Below are positions 17,288 through 24,913 of a stretch of DNA of 64,000 nucleotides, in pieces. The stretch's first letter is position 1. Each line of letters begins with the position of its first letter. The DNA lies in assembly GCA_963770895.1 (NCBI GenBank), contig CAVYRF010000002.1, positions 5,248,001 through 5,312,000 of the forward strand. Reading direction: 5' to 3'. The notes under the pieces are model-generated. The model was given only the letters and a program-made list of their open reading frames with translations, did not search any database and had not been told where the DNA came from. The stretch is from an uncultured Acidobacteriota bacterium (GTDB taxonomy: Bacteria; Acidobacteriota; Thermoanaerobaculia; Multivoradales; UBA5704). The translations under genes and the position numbers were made by a program.

Positions 17288-19144
17288 GTGTGCCCAGCAT
17301 GGGCGTGACTTGGAGGTGCAAGTCCTCTGGGGAACCTGGTCGCAGGGACCCCGAGCGAACCGCAAGGCGACCGGCCGCGAGGCCGGCGCTGAAAGAAGCG
17401 GTAGCGAAACCGCGGGTTGACGAACAGAAACCGGATAGGAGGCGGCGCAAGCCGGGGCGAGCGGGCAGCGAACCGCGAAGCTCCTGCGACCAAGGGCGAG
17501 CGCCGTAAATCCGGCAGCCGTGCGGGGAAAGCCACGACCCTTACCTGGGGAGGTCTCGCCTGACGCCTGAAAGGGCGACGCCGCAGGGCGGAGCGAGAAG
17601 TCAGCAGAGGTCATAGTAGCCGGGGAGGCGGGAGGGGAGAGGCGAAGGACCGAACGGGGAGGAGAGAGCAACGACCATGGGTCTCGAAGGTGCACGGCGC
17701 CAGATGACCGGGCAACTGGAACTCCCGTTCGAACCAAGGGGTGAAGCCCCGCGAGGAGAGCGGAGTGGCGAAGCACCGACGGCGAGTCAGGGAGACGAGC
17801 GCTCAGGGACCGACCGCCTAATGGAACAGGTGGTGGAGCGGGGCAACGCGAAAGCGGCGTTGCGGCGAGTGAAGCAGAACCACGGAAGTCCTGGCATCGA
17901 TGGGATGACGGTGGGAGAGCTGTCAGCTCACCTGGTGAAGCAATGGGAAAGTATCCGGGCACAACTCCTGACCGGGACTTACCAGCCGCAGCCGGTGAAG
18001 CGGCAGCCGATTCCAAAGGCGGGAGGAGGAGTCCGGGAGTTGGGGATTCCGACCGTGCTCGACCGTTTCATCCAGCAGTGCATCTTGCAGGTTCTTCAGC
18101 CGCGCTTTGATCCGACTTTCTCTGAGCACAGCTACGGCTTCCGACCTGGGCGGCGAGCGCACGACGCCGTGCGAGCGGCGCAGAAGTTCATCCAGGAAGG
18201 GCGCCGTTGGGTCGTGGACGTGGACCTGGCGAAATTCTTCGACCGGGTAAATCACGATGTGCTCATGAGCAGGCTGGCCCATCGAATCGCGGACAAGCGC
18301 ATGCTGGGACTGATTCGTCGTTACCTTGAGGCCGGAATTCTGGCCGAAGGGGTGACGAAGGAGCGGCACGAGGGGACTCCTCAGGGAGGTCCTCTCAGCC
18401 CGCTACTGGCAAACGTGCTCCTCGACGAAGTGGATCGGGAGCTGGAAAAGCGCGGACACGCCTTCGTGCGTTACGCCGACGACAGCAATGTGTATGTGCG
18501 GTCCCGGCGTGCCGGCGAACGAGTCCTTGGGACTCTTCGGCGGCTCTATTCGCAACTCCGGCTCCAGATCAACGAAGGGAAGAGCGCGGTGGCGCGGCCA
18601 TGGGATCGCAAGTTCCTGGGCTACAGCTTCTGGATAGCCCCCGGACGCGTGATTCGCTGTCGCGTCGCACCCGAAGCTTTGGAGGCGATGAAGACGCGGG
18701 TACGGCACATCACCGGCCGCAGCGAGGGCCGGAGCATCGACTTGGTGGCTGCGAGCCTCCGAGAATATCTGACCGGCTGGAAAGAATACTTCAGTCTGGC
18801 AGATGGCCGGCAAAAGCTCACCAGCATCGACAAGTGGATCCGTCGTCGCCTGCGTATGGTCCAGCTCAAGCAGTGGAAACGAGGTGCCACGACCTACCGA
18901 GAGCTGCGCAGGCGGGGCGTTCCCGAACGCGAAGCCTCCTGGTCGAGTGCCCACGCCCGCAGCTGGTGGAGGACCGCCAAGAACACCGCCCTCAACATGG
19001 CCCTGCCAACGAGCTACTACGACCGACTGGGAATACCCAGGCTTGCCCCGTAACCTCAACTCCTCGAACCGCCGGATGCGGACCCGCATGTCCGGTGGTG
19101 TGGGAGGGGAACGGCGGGGATGACCCGCCGTCCCCTATCCCGAT
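17288..19144 (+). mobile_element. group IIC intron
   Basis: 5' end GTGTGCCCAGCATGGGCG; DV gaaccgccggatgcggacccgcatgtccggtggtgtg; DVI ending ctatcccgat; inserted 3 nt after a stem-loop as expected for class C. Confidence 0.9.
17677..19053 (+). CDS. ltrA: group II intron reverse transcriptase/maturase (no endonuclease domain)
   Basis: LGIPTVLDRFIQ, SYGFRPGR, GTPQGGPLSPLL.N, FVRYADD, X/thumb domain. Confidence 0.95.
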   Translation: MGLEGARRQMTGQLELPFEPRGEAPRGERSGEAPTASQGDERSGTDRLMEQVVERGNAKAALRRVKQNHGSPGIDGMTVGELSAHLVKQWESIRAQLLTGTYQPQPVKRQPIPKAGGGVRELGIPTVLDRFIQQCILQVLQPRFDPTFSEHSYGFRPGRRAHDAVRAAQKFIQEGRRWVVDVDLAKFFDRVNHDVLMSRLAHRIADKRMLGLIRRYLEAGILAEGVTKERHEGTPQGGPLSPLLANVLLDEVDRELEKRGHAFVRYADDSNVYVRSRRAGERVLGTLRRLYSQLRLQINEGKSAVARPWDRKFLGYSFWIAPGRVIRCRVAPEALEAMKTRVRHITGRSEGRSIDLVAASLREYLTGWKEYFSLADGRQKLTSIDKWIRRRLRMVQLKQWKRGATTYRELRRRGVPEREASWSSAHARSWWRTAKNTALNMALPTSYYDRLGIPRLAP

Positions 19145-19199
19145 TCTAGGGAATGGGGGGCGCGATGCCCCCCTCTGTGTCTCTGGACTACTCGACTGC

Positions 19200-19605
19200 G
19201 ATCACCTCTCTGCCTTGTCGCCGGCTCAGGTGGCGACCGGCCGCAGTCGCGCTCGACGGCGGCGACAATTGCACTTACCTGCACGGCCATCTTGCCGGCG
19301 AAACGGGCAAGACGGGCTTCCTGGGGTTCGAGGCACTATTCCTCTGCCGCCTGGCGCATCGAGAGGAAGAACCCCTCGATGAAGCGCAGCTCGGCCAGGG
19401 CGGCGCGCATCTCCTCGTGGCTGGTGGACTCGTCGCCGGGGAACTCGGCCGTCACGATCGCCATGTCGTAGATCATCCGGCCAACCTGGCGCAGCGCCTC
19501 TCGCGATACCGGATCGTCAACGCAGATGAGGGTCGTTTCCCGGAAGGAATCGGCGGCGTTCCAGGGTGGCGGTGGGGGCGGGGTAGACTGGTTGCAGCTC
19601 TGCAT
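19200..19605 (-). pseudogene. paralog of 16860-17225 with an in-frame stop at 19336-19338 (module copy B)
   Basis: After the TAG the same frame continues CLEPQEARLARFAGKMAVQVSAI, matching DDDLARFAGKLAGKVGAI of the intact paralog; left end approximate. Confidence 0.7.
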
Positions 19606-19672
19606 GAGGCTGTTCCTCCTGCTGGGTTAGGCGTCGGTCGGGGCTGTACACCCTGCCCGGCGCCGCTTGTAA
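19596..19672 (+). ncRNA. candidate antisense sRNA, copy B
   Basis: TAGACT at 19584-19589; stem 19630-19643/19651-19664 (13/14 pairs, 2 G.U on the + strand), 7-nt loop. Confidence 0.5.
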
Positions 19673-19706
19673 GGAAATGGAGCGGCACGATACCGCCCCG
19701 CTTGCT

Positions 19707-20906
19707 TCAGGGCTTCTTGAAGGGGATCACCTCCCCGGCCGGCTGGCCGTTGAGATCGGCGGCGATCTGGCTGGAGATCCGCGCGGCGGCGGCGCGGCGT
19801 GGGTCGTCGTCCAAGTGCGCGTAACGTGCGGTTGTCGCCGGGTGGCGGTGGCCGAGGATGGCGCCAAGCACCGGCAGCCCGAGATTGGCTGCTACGCCCA
19901 CGGAGGCAAATCCGTGGCGAAGGTCATGCAGTCGGACATCCCCCAGGCCGGCCCGCTCGCGGATGCGCGCCCAGGGCCGCTGTAGGCCCACGAAGCGCCC
20001 ATTCGGCCGGCGGCCGGGGATGACATAGGGGCTGCCCTCCAAGCGCGGCGCAGCGGCCAGCAGCTCGGCCGGCGCCGGGCCGAGCGGGATGGACTTCTTG
20101 CCGGTCTTGCTGTCGGGCAGGTTGAGGGTGCCGGTGTCGAGATCCACGTCCTGCCAGCGCAGATCGAGGATCTCGTTGCGCCGAGCGCCGGTCAGCAGGA
20201 GCAGCCGGATTGCCAGGACCGCGGCCGGGTCCTCCGAGCCGTCCTGCTCGACCGCGGAGAGCGCCTCGCCGAGCCGGCGCAGCTCAGCACCAGACATGAA
20301 GCGCTCGCGCCTGTTCTCGCGAAAGCGGGCGATCCTCGGGCAGGGGTTCGAATGGAGCGGCCGAAGTCCCCACGTCTCGGCCAGGTTGAGCATCTTGCTC
20401 ACCAAGGCGAGGACGCGGTTGGCCTGTACCGGCTTCTCCCGCAGGCTGTGGTGCAGGTCGGAAACCTCCTTCAGCCCGACCGCGGCAACCTTCCGCCGCC
20501 GGAGCGCCGGCAGGACGTAGAGCCGCAAGCTCCGCTCATCGGCTTCGATGCTGGCCGGCTTCTTCTTCGGCCCGGCATGCTCCTCCAGGTAGCGGCGGGC
20601 GAGATCGGCGAACGTCGGCGCGGTCTTCTCGTCTGCCCGCTCGGCCGCCGGGTCCTCGCCGCGGGCTACTCGGCCGAGGATTTCTCTCGCGCGGTCCCGC
20701 GCCTGGTCAACGGTGACGGGGCCGAACTCGCCCAGCGTCAGCCGCCGGGTCCGGCGCTCCCGCATCCACTCGACGGCAAACCACTGGCGCCCGCTGGACC
20801 GCACCCGGACTACGAAGCCGCGCAGCTCGGTATCCCACACCTTGACCTCGCCGGCTGCCGGCGGCGGCAGGGAGTCGAGCAGGCGTTTGGTGATCTTGGC
20901 TCGCAT
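19707..20906 (-). CDS. tyrosine integrase with arm-binding domain (element 2)
   Basis: Close paralog of 4748-5977; TGARRNE, HDLRHGF, LGHR..TARY; ends EVIPFKKP. Confidence 0.95.
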   Translation of the reverse strand: MRAKITKRLLDSLPPPAAGEVKVWDTELRGFVVRVRSSGRQWFAVEWMRERRTRRLTLGEFGPVTVDQARDRAREILGRVARGEDPAAERADEKTAPTFADLARRYLEEHAGPKKKPASIEADERSLRLYVLPALRRRKVAAVGLKEVSDLHHSLREKPVQANRVLALVSKMLNLAETWGLRPLHSNPCPRIARFRENRRERFMSGAELRRLGEALSAVEQDGSEDPAAVLAIRLLLLTGARRNEILDLRWQDVDLDTGTLNLPDSKTGKKSIPLGPAPAELLAAAPRLEGSPYVIPGRRPNGRFVGLQRPWARIRERAGLGDVRLHDLRHGFASVGVAANLGLPVLGAILGHRHPATTARYAHLDDDPRRAAAARISSQIAADLNGQPAGEVIPFKKP

Positions 20907-21082
20907 GGATCGGGTCGCTGGCTGGGCTGTCGGGCTGGGCTGGCGCTGGGCTGTCCTGGGCTGTCGCTGGGCTGTCGGAGAACAGGATTCGAAGGGTATC
21001 ATAGGGAACGGCAGAGTCAAGAAAGTCCATAGAATAAGGCTTTCAGGGATGTACTTGGATCATGGCAGAACACGGACACCAA

Positions 21083-21097
21083 GACTGAAAATCACGG
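21083..21097 (+). other. attR remnant of element 2 (tRNA-Phe anticodon segment) cut by an intron fragment
   Basis: gactgaaaatcacgg, identical to 6124-6138, in the same position relative to the integrase. Confidence 0.75.
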
Positions 21098-21235
21098 GTC
21101 GAGTGGCTCGGGGGAATTTCACCCCCGCGCTCTCACGGAACCGGACGTGAGGCTCTCGCCTCATCCGGCTCTTACGATCCAGCCTCCAGTTGCGCCCCGA
21201 GGGTCCACAGCACGAATAGCGTCGGGTCGGGGCCG
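21098..21235 (-). mobile_element. group II intron 3' fragment (RT C-terminus, DV, DVI)
   Basis: The minus strand reads ..PTLFVLWTLG..* then gagccggatgaggcgagagcctcacgtccggttc (DV) and gcgggggtgaaattcccccgagccactcgac (DVI, 3' end). Confidence 0.85.
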
Positions 21236-21260
21236 CGGTTTGGCTACCTGGCCTCTGGCC

Positions 21261-21488
21261 CTAAACCGAGCACCCTACGACGGGGGTGCTTGGTACACAG
21301 CAGACGGTGTATGCCGAGCCTCCGTCGCCAGTCCCGGTCGTAGTGCGGCACTGCCCCAACGTGCAAACGGCACTGCAATCGATACAACTGGCGGCTGGGC
21401 CAGTCCCACCGCCCGCGATCCTTCCGAGGTCGAGGCGATTCAGGTGGCGAAGAGTCTCGCGATTCAGTTGCAGCTTTCTCGTCTTCAT
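21261..21488 (-). CDS. lanthipeptide-like RiPP precursor (75 aa)
   Basis: MKTRKLQLNRETLRHL...IAGG leader; Cys/Ser/Thr-rich core with 7 Cys; AAGGAG RBS. Confidence 0.8.
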   Translation of the reverse strand: MKTRKLQLNRETLRHLNRLDLGRIAGGGTGPAASCIDCSAVCTLGQCRTTTGTGDGGSAYTVCCVPSTPVVGCSV

Positions 21489-21657
21489 TTGCCTTCTCCT
21501 TGCTGAACAACACTGAGCTGGAGCATCAATGCGCCATCTTCGACTGTATGGCGCATCTGGCACCAGTAGCTGCTTCCCCATGGTTCGGGGCGGTTCGGCG
21601 CCGGCCGAGCCGGCGCCGAGGCGTCGTTCCTTTAGGTGGGCTGGATGCGGATTCCGG

Positions 21658-21828
21658 TCAACACCCTCCGGTCTTCGCACAGGAGTAACAGAATGTGCCT
21701 GGGATGCTGTCACAGCTGTCGGCGGCTGTGCAGGTGGCGCTGAGACCGCCGGTCGCCTTCCGCAGATTTCCCTCCAGAGAGCGGACGGTTTCCCGGCTCA
21801 ACGTGAGCTTCGGAGTCTGCTTTTTCAT
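21658..21828 (-). CDS. lanthipeptide-like RiPP precursor (56 aa, absent from the ORF track)
   Basis: MKKQTPKLTLSRETVRSLEGNLRKATGG-LSATCTAADSCDSIPGTFCYSCAKTGGC; AAGGAGG RBS. Confidence 0.85.
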   Translation of the reverse strand: MKKQTPKLTLSRETVRSLEGNLRKATGGLSATCTAADSCDSIPGTFCYSCAKTGGC

Positions 21829-21959
21829 GGCTTGATTCCTCCTTGCAGGTGGGCCGCTTCCGCGGCCGACATTTGTATGGCCTGGCCAGGCGTCATCGCC
21901 GTGGTCACCCCGACCCTAGCGAACCGACAGGCGGCCTTCCATGAGCGATCGATGAGCGC

Positions 21960-22145
21960 TGGCTTAGGAGGAGGTGAGCAAGGCAGGCCGGGGATTGCGA
22001 GCATGGACGAAGGCGGCGTGGAAGGCAGGAGGGACGGTGCGCCCAGCAGGATCTCGGCACACGGGCCGGCGGTGATATCGGCAGCGTCGAACAGCAGGTA
22101 GCCGCTATCGCCGCGACCGGCGTCGTACATCGGGCTGACCAGGTG
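21960..22145 (-). pseudogene. possible carotenoid-oxygenase-family C-terminal fragment
   Basis: YDAGRGDSGYLLFDAADITAGPCAEILL then, after a frameshift, FHAAF; resembles the D..R.S.L..LDA....GP.A...P..FHG.F terminus of that family. Confidence 0.4.
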
Positions 22146-22265
22146 GCGCCGCCGGCCTGGCGTTTAAACGCTCAGAATGCGCGACCGGCGACGGATCGGC
22201 CCGCGGATGCGAAGCTGGCTTGCATTGGATCAGGGGCTCCGGCCGCGTGGCCCGCGCCCGCTGGC

Positions 22266-22568
22266 TCACGTCTTAGACCGGGGGCCGGGGGTGGTCATGT
22301 GCTTGGGGATGTCGGCACCCCGTTTGCGAGCTCGACTGCGCTGCTGGCTCAGACGCTGGCGCTCGCGTCGGTCAGGGGCGGTCTTCGGCTCGGGGACAAC
22401 CTGAGCCAACACCGCTGTCAGGGATGGGATTATTCCAAATACCTCAGCCTGCGCCACGATGCCGGTGATGACGACTTCGGTACGGTTGAGACCGCGTGCC
22501 TCGCAGACCCGATCCAGGAGGTCGACCACGGCAGCGGGGATGCGCATATTGATCTGGTGCCGAGCCAT
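22266..22568 (-). CDS. ribbon-helix-helix (CopG-like) protein
   Basis: MARHQINMRIPAAVVDLLDRVCEARGLNRTEVV strand-helix-helix pattern. Confidence 0.6.
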   Translation of the reverse strand: MARHQINMRIPAAVVDLLDRVCEARGLNRTEVVITGIVAQAEVFGIIPSLTAVLAQVVPEPKTAPDRRERQRLSQQRSRARKRGADIPKHMTTPGPRSKT

Positions 22569-22999
22569 GGCGCATTCTGGCACATCGACGCATCGTGCCT
22601 GGGGTTGCCGCCGACAGGGCGACGGGTGCCGGAGACGATGAGGTCTACGATTGTTTGTAGACCCCCCTCGGAGTCCCGGCCCACGAGGCTGACGATTGGT
22701 GAGCTGAACGACATCGCCAATGCCCGTCGTGAAAGCGGACTGCGTTTAAACAGCTGCGACCGCAGGACGCAGCTCGGCCGTCCAACCTCCGTCAATGCGA
22801 GGGGTACGTGCCTCGCCAGCTGCGCCGGGGACCTGGCGTGGGCATGTCGCGTCCCGCGTCCAGCCCGACCGGGCCTGACCTGGCCGCGGCCCAGCCACGG
22901 TGCCGGTCCGCTTCGTGCATGTCGGTTCCGTCAGTGCGCCTGACATCACGCTGTCAAGTGCCATGGTCATTTCCTCAGTGAATTGTTTCCGATAACCCG

Positions 23000-23614
23000 T
23001 CAGACGCGCCGCGGCTGGAGCACCAAGTCGGCCGCTTCCTCGGCCTCTTTCAGGAGCGTCTTGCGCGGCGTGCCTATCAACGCACGCATGGTAAGGCCAC
23101 GAACAAAATCCGTGACTTGGATCGCGCGCACGGCTACGGGAAAGTCAGACGGGATTTCTCCAGCAGTGATCGCGTCCCGGAAACGGCGCTCCACCAGTGC
23201 CGCGCCGCCCGCGACCGCGCTCTGCAGGAACCGCTGAACCTCAGCGTCGTTCACAAGCGGCGCGACGCACACCATGAGGCAGCCACGGGCGGACCCTTTC
23301 TCGGTCGCACTTTCGACGGCGTACCTCAGAAAGCCCATGATCGAGTCGCGAAGACTCTGTGGCGAGAGGAGTGCCTTCGCGGCTGATGCGCCCTTCCGTT
23401 CTGCGTACGCCTTAAGGACGCGCAAGAATATCGCCCGTTTGCCCCCAAAGACGGCATACAGGCTCGGCCGTCCCACGCCCATCCCGGCGACGAGATCGTC
23501 GATCGTCACTCCGTCGTAGCCCTTCGACCAAAATACCTGGGTCGCCTTTTCCAGCGCCCCTGTCTCGTCGAAGTTGCGCGGCCGTCCACGCGGCTTAGGA
23601 TGATTCTGAACCAT
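23000..23614 (-). CDS. TetR/AcrR family regulator
   Basis: RGRPRNFD..ALEKA..VFW.KGYDG.TI.DL...MG..RPSLY..FG. Confidence 0.95.
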   Translation of the reverse strand: MVQNHPKPRGRPRNFDETGALEKATQVFWSKGYDGVTIDDLVAGMGVGRPSLYAVFGGKRAIFLRVLKAYAERKGASAAKALLSPQSLRDSIMGFLRYAVESATEKGSARGCLMVCVAPLVNDAEVQRFLQSAVAGGAALVERRFRDAITAGEIPSDFPVAVRAIQVTDFVRGLTMRALIGTPRKTLLKEAEEAADLVLQPRRV

Positions 23615-23629
23615 TCAGTTAAAAACTCC

Positions 23630-23666
23630 TTGCAATGCATCTTCCGATTATGATACTAAATAGTTC
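23630..23666 (+). promoter_or_regulatory. sigma70-like promoter with candidate TetR operator
   Basis: TTGCAA...TATGAT; gattatgatactaaatagttc nearly repeated at 24852-24872. Confidence 0.55.
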
Positions 23667-23738
23667 GGAATTAGCAAGTCGTCCGTGGCCCTCGCGGGGC
23701 CTCACGACTCGACCTTCACCCTTTACCACGGAGACGCC

Positions 23739-24713
23739 ATGAAAAATTCGTTCGCGCTCGTCACCGGCACCACGTCCGGGCTCGGTTATGCGGCAGCCGG
23801 CTTGCTCGCCGCCAAGGGCTACCGCCAAGTCATCGTCACCGGCCGCAGCCTGGCCCGGGTCCAGCAAACGGCCGCTCAACTCGCGACTGAGACCAAGAAA
23901 AACATCTTCACGCCGCTGGAGCTGGATCTGGACTCGCCGTCCAGCGTTCAGTCCGCCCTCGCCGAGCTGGTCAAGCGGGGTCAGCCGATCGATTTCCTGC
24001 TGCTCAATGCAGGGATGGTCCCCGGTAAGAAGCGCGTGATCACGGCGGCGGGCTTCGAGGCTTCTCAGGCCCCGCTGATCGGCCATCATCAACTGACTGT
24101 CGGGCTGCTCCGCGCCAACCTGCTGAGCCCCAACGCTCGGATTGTTATCGCCGGGGCAGAACCTGCCCGGGGGGGCGTACCTATGTTCAGCTACACCGAC
24201 TTGCCGGCCTTTGCGGCCAAACAATACCACGGCGACCGAACCGCCGCTGTTGAAGCCCTGCTGCGCAACGGGCCGAACGTGAGGTACGTGCCCAACAATG
24301 CGTATGCCGACGCGAAGCTCATTATCGCTTGGTGGGTCGCGGCGCTGGCACGGCGGCTACCCTCCGGCATGGCGGTATACGCTGTCTCGCCCGGTGCGGC
24401 GACCGACACCAAGGTGGTGCGAAACGCTGGCCCGGCGTTGAAGTATCTGTTTATCCCAATCGTGAACCTCATTCCCGGCATGAATCAGGCGCCGGAGACC
24501 GCGGCCCGTCGGTACCTCCAGGCGTCGGAGTTCGGAACCGACGTCTCGGGGCAATTCTTCGCCTCGGCTAAAGGGAAGTTCACAGGCCCAATTGAGGCGC
24601 AGCGCCAACCACACCTCCACGATCGCGCCAGCCAGGAAGCCGCATGGCAGGCCGTCGTCAAGGTCTCTGGCGTCGACTTCGCTTCCGCACCGTCCTTGAG
24701 CGCGGTGTCCTGA
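23739..24713 (+). CDS. SDR family oxidoreductase
   Basis: LVTGTTSGLG, LLNAG, YADAK. Confidence 0.9.
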   Translation: MKNSFALVTGTTSGLGYAAAGLLAAKGYRQVIVTGRSLARVQQTAAQLATETKKNIFTPLELDLDSPSSVQSALAELVKRGQPIDFLLLNAGMVPGKKRVITAAGFEASQAPLIGHHQLTVGLLRANLLSPNARIVIAGAEPARGGVPMFSYTDLPAFAAKQYHGDRTAAVEALLRNGPNVRYVPNNAYADAKLIIAWWVAALARRLPSGMAVYAVSPGAATDTKVVRNAGPALKYLFIPIVNLIPGMNQAPETAARRYLQASEFGTDVSGQFFASAKGKFTGPIEAQRQPHLHDRASQEAAWQAVVKVSGVDFASAPSLSAVS

Positions 24714-24830
24714 AGGAGCGCCGGTCGCGGCGAAACGGTTGCGGTGACCAGAATCAGCAGGCGATTGCGCCGCTGCGTGCTCGTTCACTGGGCACTTACG
24801 GTATTTTGAATTAAATAGTTCAACACGCCC

Positions 24831-24872
24831 TTGACCGCAGCCTCCGCGCCCGATTATCATACTAGATAGTTC
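24831..24872 (+). promoter_or_regulatory. sigma70-like promoter with candidate TetR operator
   Basis: TTGACC...TATCAT; gattatcatactagatagttc. Confidence 0.55.
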
Positions 24873-24913
24873 ATTATCAGCAAAGAAACTCTAACCTCGC
24901 GAGGAGACTACAT

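Larger units (their letters stand above)
6124..21097. mobile_element. integrative element 2, phage-satellite-like, ~15 kb including nested insertions
   Basis: Bounded by two copies of aagactgaaaatcacgg; carries integrase, TerS-like, AlpA-like, primase, TA and candidate defence genes. Confidence 0.7.

Noticed and set aside
17677-19053. Retron or defence-associated RT
   Set aside because: Flanked by canonical group IIC 5' end and DV/DVI and has a maturase domain.
19620-19670. Integron attC site (GTTAGGC present)
   Set aside because: No matching RYYYAAC or L-box structure, the core is not conserved in the other two copies, and neither integrase looks like IntI.
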